The notes below the pieces were generated by a model. The model saw only the letters and a list, made by a program, of their open reading frames with translations. It did no database searches and had not been told where the DNA came from. From positions 1,280,001 to 1,344,000 of the forward strand of contig OZ220691.1 in assembly GCA_965116475.1 (NCBI GenBank): a stretch of 64,000 bases of DNA. The letters run 5' to 3'. Origin of the DNA: Gemmatimonadota bacterium (GTDB taxonomy: Bacteria > Gemmatimonadota > Gemmatimonadetes > Palauibacterales > Palauibacteraceae). Made by a program: the position numbers and the translations under genes. Positions 39,274 through 48,004 of this stretch are shown here, in pieces. Position 1 is the stretch's first letter. Every line of letters begins with the position of its first letter.

Positions 39274-40449
39274 ATGAGGATTCCGTCCAGCTACGCTGAA
39301 GGGTACGAGGCGGCGCGCGCCGTCGATGCCCGCTTGGCGGACGATTTCATCCGTCATACGACCCTCGGCGACCCCCTTGCCGATCGCGTCGTCGAGGACC
39401 TCGCGGCCACCTGTGCCCCCGGGGAGGTGCATCCGCTCATCGCGTCGGCGCTGCGGGATCCGCCTCAGTTGCCCGACGGCCTGCCCGACTCCCTCAGGGA
39501 GTTGGTGAACGAGGTATCCGTCATTCCGGACTGGTACGATCCGAAGCTGGCGCAGGCCGCCACGCGCGGCTTCATCCGCAATTCGAGCATCATCCCGGCG
39601 GCCCTGGCCGGGGCCGCGATCGTGGAAGGCTTCTCGACGCTGATCAGCAAGTCTTTCCGGATTCGGGGCCGCATCACTCAGAACGGGGTCCGCCGCCTCC
39701 GCCAGAACCTGCTGCACCTGGCCGACCAGTATCTCCCCGGCGGGATGGAACCGGGCGGAGACGGATGGAGACTGACGCTTCGCATTCGACTGGTGCACGC
39801 GCAGTCGCGGATGCTGCTCAAGGACTCCGAAGAATGGGACACGGCGGCGCACGGCATGCCGGTCAGCGCCGCCCACATCATGCTCGCCTCGACCACCTTT
39901 TCGGCGCGTCTCCTCCAGCACGCCAGGCGCCTCGGCGCCAAGTTCAGCGACATGGAGTGGGAGGGCTACGTCCACGTGTGGAGATATACCGCCTGGATCA
40001 TGGGCGTCCCGGTGGAGATCCTCTTCGAGGACTACGAGGACGCACGACGCAGGTTCGAGATCGGGATGTTGTGCGAGCCCGTCCCGGACGACGATGCCAT
40101 CATCATGGCGAACAGCATCGTGAACAGCGCTCCGCTCCTGCTGGGCGTCAAGGACCCCAAGGAACGCCGGCCCTTCGCCACGTTCATATACCAGGTGTGC
40201 CGCGAACTGGTCGGAGACGAGCTGGCCGACCAGTTCCTGTTTCCCCCATCCCGAAGGGTCCGGCAGGTGCCGCTGCTGTGGTTGAAGCACCGGCTGCGGA
40301 GGGTGGCGCTCGAGCGGATTCCGGGATTCCACAAACTCGATTCGGGGTACGACTACATGGAAATGCTCGACATCTCCAACGTGGGCGATTTCGAGCAGTC
40401 CTACAGCCTGCCCACCACGCTCCACGACGAAGCGTCCCGGCCCTGGTAG
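39274..40449 (+). CDS. MpaB/rubber oxygenase (Lcp)-like DUF2236 family oxygenase
   Basis: GDPLADRVV, PDWYD, RIRLVHAQSR, HGMPVS, WRYTAWIMGVP. Confidence 0.8.
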   Translation: MRIPSSYAEGYEAARAVDARLADDFIRHTTLGDPLADRVVEDLAATCAPGEVHPLIASALRDPPQLPDGLPDSLRELVNEVSVIPDWYDPKLAQAATRGFIRNSSIIPAALAGAAIVEGFSTLISKSFRIRGRITQNGVRRLRQNLLHLADQYLPGGMEPGGDGWRLTLRIRLVHAQSRMLLKDSEEWDTAAHGMPVSAAHIMLASTTFSARLLQHARRLGAKFSDMEWEGYVHVWRYTAWIMGVPVEILFEDYEDARRRFEIGMLCEPVPDDDAIIMANSIVNSAPLLLGVKDPKERRPFATFIYQVCRELVGDELADQFLFPPSRRVRQVPLLWLKHRLRRVALERIPGFHKLDSGYDYMEMLDISNVGDFEQSYSLPTTLHDEASRPW

Positions 40450-40456
40450 GCGCTGC

Positions 40457-40487
40457 TACCGAAGCAGTTACCGAAGCAGTTACCGAA
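40457..40487. repeat. 12-bp tandem repeat x2.6 including the amidohydrolase stop codon
   Basis: taccgaagcagt taccgaagcagt taccgaa. Confidence 0.85.
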
Positions 40488-41865
40488 AACTGAGGGCGGA
40501 CTGGTCGCGGCCGCCGACCATGATGAACGCCACGTTCCCCATGTCGCGGATATTCTCGTCGGGCCGGCCGTCGATGGCGATGATGTCCGCAAAGCGGCCC
40601 GGCTCGACCGTCCCCACTTCATCCTCGATCCCCACGATCTCGGCGTTCAGCCCCGTGGCCGCCGTGATCGCTTCGAGCGGCGTGAACCCCGCGGCGACGA
40701 GGTTCTCCATCTCCAGCAGCATGTACCCGTGCATGCTGTCCGTTCCGATGCCGACCTTGACGCCCTTCTCCTTCGAGCGGCGAAGCTGTCCGAGGCGGTC
40801 GAGCCGCCGCTGCGCCCGTCCCGGATTCTCTTCGAGGGCCCGCCCGTGCACCTGGCGTCCGCGCTCGAGCCAGTCGCCGATGTCGCCGGCCTCGTTGTCG
40901 AGGAAGCCCCACTCGTTGAAGACGCTCTGGAAGCCGATGGTGTAGGTGTTCACGAAGCCGACGTCGCGACTCGCCATGAGGTCCATCAACTCTTCGTTGA
41001 GGTTCCCGCCATGCTGGATCGAGTTGACTCCCGCCTCGACCGCCAGGCGGATGGACTCTCCGTTCGCGTGCGCCGTGGCCTCGATCCCGAGCCGGTGCAG
41101 TTCGTTCACGGCCGCGTCGATCTCCTCCTTCGTGTAGTTGCTCTCGCCCGGCGCGTACGGGGTGCCGTTGTTGGGCCCCACCCGCGCGCGGTCGGTGATC
41201 GTCAGCTTCATGTGGTGCGCCCCCATCTCGTAGTTCTGCCGGACGAACGTGCGCATCTCCCACGGTCCGTTGGTGGTCCGGTATTCCGCCGGGCCGTGGC
41301 CGGCGGTGGTCGAGATGAAGTTGCCGCTGGGATAGATCCGGGGGCCCGGAACGATCCCCTCCGCCACGGCCTGCGAGGCCTGTATGTCGTTGTAGTGGAC
41401 CTCGCCGACCACGTACACGCTCGTGACGCCGGACATGAGCTGAACCCGGATGTTCCGGATGATGCGCGCCATCTGCATGGCGTCGTGCTGCTCCATTCCC
41501 TCGAGCTGGCCCCGCAGCGTGCGAACGTCGGGCCGGATCGAGAGGTGCGCGTGCGCGTCGACGATCCCGGGCATCACGGTGTGTTCGCTCAGGTCGATGA
41601 CCCGGGCGCCGGCCGGGATCGCGATGGCCGCCGCGTCGCCCACGGCCTCGATCCGCTCGCCGCGCACGATGATCACCTGGTTGTCGCGCGCCGGCTGGCC
41701 CGCGCCGTCGATGAGCCGGCCGGCCCGGATCGCCGTCACTTCCTGGGCCGCCGGGGCGCGGGCGGCAGCCATCGCGGGGGCGGCGCCGTACGCCGAAGAA
41801 GGGGCGGAGGGGACGAAGGCCGCGGCCAGCACCGCGGTCCGCAGGGTCATCGCTGTCGTTCGCAT
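40480..41865 (-). CDS. Secreted amidohydrolase family protein
   Basis: PGIVDAHAH, TAHA, SIQHG, IGTD, GTVEPGRFADIIAIDGRP. Confidence 0.9.
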   Translation of the reverse strand: MRTTAMTLRTAVLAAAFVPSAPSSAYGAAPAMAAARAPAAQEVTAIRAGRLIDGAGQPARDNQVIIVRGERIEAVGDAAAIAIPAGARVIDLSEHTVMPGIVDAHAHLSIRPDVRTLRGQLEGMEQHDAMQMARIIRNIRVQLMSGVTSVYVVGEVHYNDIQASQAVAEGIVPGPRIYPSGNFISTTAGHGPAEYRTTNGPWEMRTFVRQNYEMGAHHMKLTITDRARVGPNNGTPYAPGESNYTKEEIDAAVNELHRLGIEATAHANGESIRLAVEAGVNSIQHGGNLNEELMDLMASRDVGFVNTYTIGFQSVFNEWGFLDNEAGDIGDWLERGRQVHGRALEENPGRAQRRLDRLGQLRRSKEKGVKVGIGTDSMHGYMLLEMENLVAAGFTPLEAITAATGLNAEIVGIEDEVGTVEPGRFADIIAIDGRPDENIRDMGNVAFIMVGGRDQSALSFR

Positions 41866-42010
41866 CGGACGCTCCTCGAGTCGGCGGATGGTGGGCGGAC
41901 GGTTATCCTCTGAAGATTGACGCTATCGTCCGCGTGGGGCCAGCATGACGGCGCTATACTGCCGGTTCCGCAATCCTCGCCAGCTGTAGCTCCCAAGGCC
42001 GTTGACGACC

Positions 42011-42085
42011 CTCACACTGCCATCGGTCACGCTGCCACCGGTCACGCTGCCACCGGTCACGCTGCCATCGGTCACGCTGCCATCG
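42011..42085. repeat. 15-bp tandem repeat x5 at the 3' end of the HNH gene
   Basis: GTCACGCTGCCAYCG units at 42026, 42041, 42056, 42071, and a variant at 42011. Confidence 0.95.
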
Positions 42086-43463
42086 GCCTGGTCTCGTACT
42101 GTCCCCAGAGGACCCAGAGCGCCCAGTCGAGGTCCAGCGGGTCGCCCATCCAGAGGCTCGTTGCCGTCCAGGGGTCGATCCCCTCCTGCCGGTGCCAGTT
42201 CCCGAGTCCCGCATCGGCGGTTCGGGGCGCCCTGACGTCTTCGCGTGCCGGGGGCACCGCCGGTACCACGCGCCCGTTCGGATCGCGGAAGCGCGCCGCG
42301 CCCGCCTCCTCCATCTCGACGCGCCAACCGCCCTCGTGCACGGCCCTGTGATGGAACCGGCACAGGAGGATCAGGTTGTCGAGCTTCGTCTCGCCCCCCT
42401 CGGACCAGGGGATGGCGTGATGGGCCTGCGTGTAGCGCGAGCCGCAGCCCGGGAAGCGGCAGCCCCCGTCCCGGACGTCGAGCGCCTTGCGCAGCCGCCA
42501 CCCCACCGTCCGCTGGCGGCGGCCCACGTCCAGCACCGAGCCGTCCCGCCCGCGCTTCACCTCCACGGTCTCCGCGTCGCAGGCCAGCCGCCGGGACGTT
42601 CCCGCGGGAACGTGTGAGCCGTCCTCCGTGGCCAGGATTTCGGGGCCGCCGGCCACGGTGTGGACCACCAGTTGCGCCCTCGCCTCGGCACGCTCCTCGA
42701 GCCACGCCCCGAGCGCGTCGTGGCGCCGCTCCGTCGGACTCGGCCGGAGCCCGGGCGTCGGCGTCGGCTGGGGCCCGGGCTGGGGCCCGGGCGTCGGCGG
42801 GGCCGGCTCCCCCGTGGCGGCATCGGCCTCGCGCTCCATGGCGGCGTCGGCCTCGCGCTCCATGGCGCGCTCCTGCCGGTGGAGTTCGTCCACGGTGACA
42901 TCCAGCGTCTCCACGAGCAGGGCGCCCACTTCGGGCATGAGCAGGCCCCGGAGTTCGTACATGCCGTCATCCGTCACCCGGACCGTCAGGTGACGGCGGG
43001 CCGCCATCTCCGACGTGTCGTCCAGCGCCGCCATGGCGGCCTCCGCGCTCTTCGCCGCCCGCACGAAGCGCTCCACCTGGCTCGCCGTGTGGTGGAGGGC
43101 GAACTCGACCAGCCGCGCCTCGTCCTCGGCGGTGACCATGCGCGTCAGCGCCCGGACCTTGGACCAGGAGAGCCGGCCCTTCTCCATCTCGGCGGAGGTC
43201 AGGGGCAGGTCGGCGAGGCGGCGGGCCGCCCGCAGCCGCTCGCGGGCCCCGCCGAGGGAGATGCCGGCGCGCCAGTTCAGCCAGTGGGCGCAGGAGCGCC
43301 ACCCGCTCCAGCGTTCCTCTTCATCGTAGCGGCGCAGCAGCGTCAGGAGCCGATACTGGGCGGCGTCGATATGGGCGCACAGCTCGGCGATCTCGTCACC
43401 CACGGGGTCGCCGGCCAAGGCAGCGGGGTGCGAGGCGGCGGAAGGGTCAGGCGTCTCATGCAT
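42072..43463 (-). CDS. DUF222-domain HNH endonuclease (13E12-repeat-like family)
   Basis: SCAHWLNWRAG, GRLSWSKVRALTR, RRLACDA, RDGGCRFPGC...AHH...WSEGGET.LDNL.LLCRFHH..VHE. Confidence 0.9.
   Translation of the reverse strand: MHETPDPSAASHPAALAGDPVGDEIAELCAHIDAAQYRLLTLLRRYDEEERWSGWRSCAHWLNWRAGISLGGARERLRAARRLADLPLTSAEMEKGRLSWSKVRALTRMVTAEDEARLVEFALHHTASQVERFVRAAKSAEAAMAALDDTSEMAARRHLTVRVTDDGMYELRGLLMPEVGALLVETLDVTVDELHRQERAMEREADAAMEREADAATGEPAPPTPGPQPGPQPTPTPGLRPSPTERRHDALGAWLEERAEARAQLVVHTVAGGPEILATEDGSHVPAGTSRRLACDAETVEVKRGRDGSVLDVGRRQRTVGWRLRKALDVRDGGCRFPGCGSRYTQAHHAIPWSEGGETKLDNLILLCRFHHRAVHEGGWRVEMEEAGAARFRDPNGRVVPAVPPAREDVRAPRTADAGLGNWHRQEGIDPWTATSLWMGDPLDLDWALWVLWGQYETRPMAA
42596..42613. 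repeat. 18-bp palindrome, copy 2 (inside HNH CDS, encodes HVPAGTS)
   Basis: ACGTTCCCGCGGGAACGT. Confidence 0.95.
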
Positions 43464-43588
43464 GGCGTTCTCATCCGAATCTCAGGGTTCAAAGGGGGTA
43501 CGCACTCATACCCCGATCTTCGGTAAATGTTCGGGTTTCATCTCAACACGGTCTCAACGGCGGTCTTCAACGGGGGTCTCAGCGTCCG

Positions 43589-43610
43589 GGACGTTCCCGC
43601 GGGAACGTCC
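43589..43610. repeat. Palindrome copy 3, extended to 22 bp, upstream of HNH gene
   Basis: GGACGTTCCCGCGGGAACGTCC. Confidence 0.95.
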
Positions 43611-43659
43611 GCGGCCAGTCAGCCGGTACAGCTAGCCGCTTCGCCGCCCTGTCCGCTGC

Positions 43660-43800
43660 TTCGGCGGGGGAGTAACTTCGGCGCCCCCGTGGGGCACCCG
43701 TGAGGCAATGGAGCCCCACCAGCAGTCTCATCAACGTCACGGCATCGGTTGTGCTGCCGTTTCCGGACCGAACTCGAACGAAGCGGCGATGAGACCATGA
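43660..43800 (+). ncRNA. Candidate structured leader, yybP-ykoY-like ends
   Basis: GGGGAGTAACTTC at 43667 and TGAGACC at 43790, with several internal hairpins. Confidence 0.3.
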
Positions 43801-43864
43801 GAGACACAACGACAGAAACCCATGTGTCGTCTGACCGGCAGTCCAGCGCCGGTGACCGCTGTCG

Positions 43865-46162
43865 GTGCAAAACCTGATCTCGGTTAGTGCCGGACGGCGG
43901 ACCGCGCTGCTGGCCCTCTTCTTTCTGTCGGGGGTCAGCGGGCTGATCTATCAGATCGCCTGGGTGCGGCAGTCCGTCTTCACGTTCGGGGTCAGCGTCT
44001 ACGCCTACAGCACGGTCATCGGAGCCTACATGATCGGGCTCGCGCTGGGCAGCTACGTGATGGGCAGGCGAATCGACGGGCACGCGCGGCCCCTGGGCAC
44101 GTACGCGGCACTCGAAGTGGGGATCGCGGCGCTCGCGGCGCTGTCGCCGTTCCTGCTCGGGGCCCTGCACGCGATCTACCCGGGACTCAGCAACGCCCTC
44201 CCGGCCGGCGGTTTCTGGCTCACCCTGGGGCGGCTCCTGCTCTCGCTGGCCGTGCTCACGCCGACGACCTTCCTCATCGGGGCCACGCTGCCCGTCATGA
44301 GCCGAATCTACGCGACGCACGGCGGGCGCGTGGGAAGCGACGTGGGGCGACTCTACCTCGTGAACACGGCGGGCGCCGCCCTCGGCTGTGTGCTCACGGG
44401 ACTCGTCTTCCTCCGGTACCTGGGCGCGCGGGAAACCATCTTCCTCGGCGCGGCGATCAATCTCTTCGTTGCAGCGGGGGCGCTCGCGCTCATGCGGCTG
44501 GCGGCCCGGGCCCCGCAGGCGGACGGCGCGGCGAACGGCGACGGGACGGCGAACGGCGACGGCGCGACGGATGCGGCTGTGGCCGCACCGGCTGCCGGAA
44601 CCGCGGCGGCCGCGCTCCCGATCTCTCCCGCGGCGCTGCGCTACGTCGCGATCGCCTACGCCATCTCCGGCTTCATCGCGCTGGGCTACGAGGTGGTGTG
44701 GGCGCGGATCCTATACATCCACTCCTCGCACGCGGCGTACTCGTTCTCGCTCATGCTGACGGTCTTCCTGGCCGGGCTCGCGCTCGGGGGCGCCGGCGGG
44801 AGCTGGGTCCTGCGGCGGAGACGGGCCACGCTGAGGCACTTCGGGGCGATCCAGCTCGCGATCGGACTGCTGGCCGTCCTCATCCTCCACGCCTTCGCGC
44901 GACTCCCCGCGCTCCATCTGGACGACTGGTTCGGCGGTTACACCGTTGCCTACGAGTTCCTCATCGCCTTCGTCACGCTCTTTCCCCCCACCGTCCTTCT
45001 CGGGGCGCTGTTCCCCGTCGTCGGGAGCCTGTACACACGCGAGCGGGCGCGGGCCGTGGGGCTTCGCATCGGCCGCGTGAATGCGTTCAACACGCTGGGA
45101 GCCATCGCGGGCTCGCTCGGCGCGGGGTTCGTGCTCGTGCCGCTCCTCGGACTCCGCAATACGACGGTGGCGCTGGCGGTGCTGAACCTCGCGCTCGGCG
45201 CCGCGGCGCTGCGCTTCGACCGCGGGGGCCGGCGGGCGCTGCGCTTCGCGCCGGCGGGCGCGGTGGTGGCCACGATCGTGGCGGTCGCGATCCTCCCCAC
45301 CGGCTTCTACCTCGGCTCGTACTACACCGAGACCGACCGGCTCATCTTCTACAAGGAGGGCGTGGAGACCACCGTCGCCGTGCTCGAGGTTCCGGAGGAC
45401 AACTACAAGATCTCCTTCGTCAACGGCCGCGACGAAGTGCCGACGGACCGCGCGAGCATGTCGGCGTTCCGGCTGCTCGGACACCTTCCGCCGCTGCTCC
45501 GGCCCGGCGCGCGCAACGCCCTGGTCCTGAGCTTCGGCAACGGGATCGCCACCGGGACGATGAACACGCACGGCATCCCCGTCATCGACGCGGTGGACCT
45601 CTCTCCCGAGATGATCGAGGCGGCCGAGGTCTACGCCGAGGAGAACTACGACGTCCTCGACAGCGACCGGCTGCGGCTGCACGTCGAGGACGGGCGGAAC
45701 TTCCTGCTGCGGGCGGAGGCGTCGTACGACATCATCTCGGTGGACGCGACGCACCCCGCGAACGCGAGTTCATGGGCGCTGTTCACGAGCGAGTTCTATC
45801 AGTTGATCGAGAGCCGCCTCGCGGAGGACGGCGTCTTCATGCAGTGGATCCCGATCCACGGCGTCCGCGAAGATGACTATCGCGACATCCTGCGGACCGT
45901 CTGGGACGTCTTCCCCAACATGGTGCTGTGGTCGACCGGATCGACGCACAGCTACGTCGTCGCCACGCGCGAACCGCTGTCGTCCGTCGTGATGCAGTCG
46001 GTGCTCACGCGCGCCGCCGCCAACCCGATCGTCGTCCGGGACCTCGGATCGCCGGAGACGATCGCCGGCTACGTGGCGATGGCCGAAGGGGACCTGACGA
46101 GCTACATCGGGCGCGGCCCCGTCATCACGGACAACGACGCCTTCTTCATGCCCGCCCGCTAG
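43865..46162 (+). CDS. Fused multi-TM membrane / spermidine synthase-like methyltransferase
   Basis: LFFLSGVSGLIYQIAW and GFIALGYEVVW repeats; C-terminal VEDGRNFL, YDIISVD, LFTSEFY, GVFMQW. Confidence 0.88.
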   Translation: MQNLISVSAGRRTALLALFFLSGVSGLIYQIAWVRQSVFTFGVSVYAYSTVIGAYMIGLALGSYVMGRRIDGHARPLGTYAALEVGIAALAALSPFLLGALHAIYPGLSNALPAGGFWLTLGRLLLSLAVLTPTTFLIGATLPVMSRIYATHGGRVGSDVGRLYLVNTAGAALGCVLTGLVFLRYLGARETIFLGAAINLFVAAGALALMRLAARAPQADGAANGDGTANGDGATDAAVAAPAAGTAAAALPISPAALRYVAIAYAISGFIALGYEVVWARILYIHSSHAAYSFSLMLTVFLAGLALGGAGGSWVLRRRRATLRHFGAIQLAIGLLAVLILHAFARLPALHLDDWFGGYTVAYEFLIAFVTLFPPTVLLGALFPVVGSLYTRERARAVGLRIGRVNAFNTLGAIAGSLGAGFVLVPLLGLRNTTVALAVLNLALGAAALRFDRGGRRALRFAPAGAVVATIVAVAILPTGFYLGSYYTETDRLIFYKEGVETTVAVLEVPEDNYKISFVNGRDEVPTDRASMSAFRLLGHLPPLLRPGARNALVLSFGNGIATGTMNTHGIPVIDAVDLSPEMIEAAEVYAEENYDVLDSDRLRLHVEDGRNFLLRAEASYDIISVDATHPANASSWALFTSEFYQLIESRLAEDGVFMQWIPIHGVREDDYRDILRTVWDVFPNMVLWSTGSTHSYVVATREPLSSVVMQSVLTRAAANPIVVRDLGSPETIAGYVAMAEGDLTSYIGRGPVITDNDAFFMPAR

Positions 46163-46307
46163 CGTCGGTCCGAGCGGCATGAGTCCTGGACATCGACGGG
46201 CACCGCGCCGATCCCGAGCCGACTTCAGGCGCGGTCAGTGACGGCGGAAGCGGCTCCCGCGGCCGGTGAACTGACCGCGGGATTCGGAGACGCCACTCCC
46301 GCGCGGG

Positions 46308-47588
46308 CTACGCCCGCAGGGTACTTCGGCAGGCCTCAGCGCGCGCTCCGATCTTCTCTTCCAACGGACCCAGGATCGCGTGGTCGAGGCCTTCCACGCG
46401 GGCGGCCGAGACGATTCCAGGCAACCGGCCGGCAACGTCGACGGCAACGGTCTCGCACAACGCAAACACCTCCGCGGCGGGGAGCCCGACTTCGCCGGCG
46501 AAACGTGCCCAGTGCCTCACCTGGATGTATCCCAGACGCGCTTCGCCGCCGATCTTCGCCGCCAGTTTGAGTCTCGGCTCGTAGTGGCCGGGATAGGGCA
46601 GCACGCTGGCCACATCGTACAGAGGGGCGAGGGACGCCTTCCCGCCGGCCCCAATCAACAGAGAGAAGTTCTTCGCGTGCGCATCGGTCCCACCGATGAT
46701 CCAGTTCAAGGCGAGCGCGCGGACGAAGGTCCGGAGGTCGCGCCCGGGACGGCTGGACCAGGTCCGGATCGCGTGGGCCATGCGGTCGCAGCCCGGACCG
46801 CCGTCGCCCTCGTACTTCGCGGTCGGCGCCAGTCCGAGGGCCTGGCAGAGATCTTCCTGGTGGACTCGCACAATACCGTCCGCGGTGCCGACCCGATCGT
46901 ACCGCTCCACCACGAGCGCCGGCTCTTCGCCGAACCGGCGCACGCTCGAGCGAGCCGCGGGGATTCCGACCGCGCGGGCCAGCGTCAGGCAGAGATGTTC
47001 GTTCTCGCAGTGTCCGGGAAAACCCGGAATCGGAGGTTTCAGAATGTGCGTCGTGGGTGTGCAACCGCGGGGCACTCCCCAACGCCCTTCGCTGAAGTAC
47101 AACGCCGTCTTGGCCTGTGCGCCCGCCAGGCTGAACCGGCCGGAGTCACCGGGGAGACGCCACGCGCTCCCATCCTCGTTCAGCACGCGCAGGCGTGCGC
47201 CGACCTGCTCCTCCGTCAGCCAGTCGACCTCCCGCGTTCGCGGGCCAAGCAGGCGGTCGACGCGGTCGGGTGCCGCGAACTGGACTCCGCCCGAGCAGTC
47301 CTCGCCCGTTGCCCCCAGCAGCGAGAATGCGCTTAGCGCGGAGACTTGAAAGCGTCTTGCCCATCTGGCGAGAACATTCTCGTTGTCGGGGAGGAGTCCC
47401 CACAGCCACGGTTCGATGACGTCGTGGCCGTATTCGGCGCCGACGAGAGACATCGACAGGGAAAGCGGGTACGCCCCCGGCGCCTGCCGCCACGCTTCAT
47501 CGTATGAGAAGGCCAGCCGCCCGCGCGCGTGGCGCGTGACGTGGCCCATCACCTCCCCGTTCGCCACCGCGATGAGGCGTTCGGTCAC
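46308..47588 (-). CDS. hipA: HipA family kinase toxin
   Basis: LLPDN, SLAGAQAK, THILKP, HQEDLCQALG, TDAHAKNFS, LAPLYD. Confidence 0.93.
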   Translation of the reverse strand: MTERLIAVANGEVMGHVTRHARGRLAFSYDEAWRQAPGAYPLSLSMSLVGAEYGHDVIEPWLWGLLPDNENVLARWARRFQVSALSAFSLLGATGEDCSGGVQFAAPDRVDRLLGPRTREVDWLTEEQVGARLRVLNEDGSAWRLPGDSGRFSLAGAQAKTALYFSEGRWGVPRGCTPTTHILKPPIPGFPGHCENEHLCLTLARAVGIPAARSSVRRFGEEPALVVERYDRVGTADGIVRVHQEDLCQALGLAPTAKYEGDGGPGCDRMAHAIRTWSSRPGRDLRTFVRALALNWIIGGTDAHAKNFSLLIGAGGKASLAPLYDVASVLPYPGHYEPRLKLAAKIGGEARLGYIQVRHWARFAGEVGLPAAEVFALCETVAVDVAGRLPGIVSAARVEGLDHAILGPLEEKIGARAEACRSTLRA

Positions 47589-47881
47589 GGCGCCGGGTCT
47601 TCGTGGGCCCTGACGACCGCCTCAACGTCGGGCACGGCAATCCGGACGCGGGAACCCGACGGCTCCGGGATACCCTCGCCGTGGACCGACAGCGACAGGT
47701 CGACTGCGGCAAGCACCTGAAACGCCTTGCCCAGTTCGGCTCGCGGCTTGCCGGCTTCGATGGCCACGATCCACTGTCGACCCACGCCGGCCGCTCGTGC
47801 CAGATCCGCCTGCGTCATGCCTCGGGCCTGCCTGGCCCGGCGGATCAGGAGGCCAAGTTCGAGGGGAGTGCGAAACTGCAA
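47585..47881 (-). CDS. hipB: HipB-like XRE antitoxin
   Basis: MTQADLARAAGVGRQWIVAIEAGK HTH; GTGA overlap with hipA. Confidence 0.88.
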   Translation of the reverse strand: MQFRTPLELGLLIRRARQARGMTQADLARAAGVGRQWIVAIEAGKPRAELGKAFQVLAAVDLSLSVHGEGIPEPSGSRVRIAVPDVEAVVRAHEDPAP

Positions 47882-47928
47882 TGTTCACCGTCCAGCCACG
47901 AGTCATGATCAACGAAGTCGACCACGAA

Positions 47929-48000
47929 TGTAGTCGTTCGGCGACATTGACGCGATGTCGTCGAACGGGCACAATTGCCGCATGTCCGCGAACGGCGACA
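47929..48000. promoter_or_regulatory. Three 18-bp TGT-N12-ACA operator-like boxes at 27-bp period
   Basis: tgtagtcgttcggcgaca (47929), tgtcgtcgaacgggcaca (47956), tgtccgcgaacggcgaca (47983). Confidence 0.7.
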
Positions 48001-48004
48001 GAGT

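Noticed and set aside
42011..42085. Possible CRISPR array (also 17920-18215 and 57780-58320)
   Set aside because: Contiguous tandem or coding repeats without unique spacers; no cas genes
43591..43608. Calling the palindrome a canonical parS site or intrinsic terminator
   Set aside because: Central CGCG differs from the conserved ACGT of parS; no loop or U-tract. Kept only as a hypothesis
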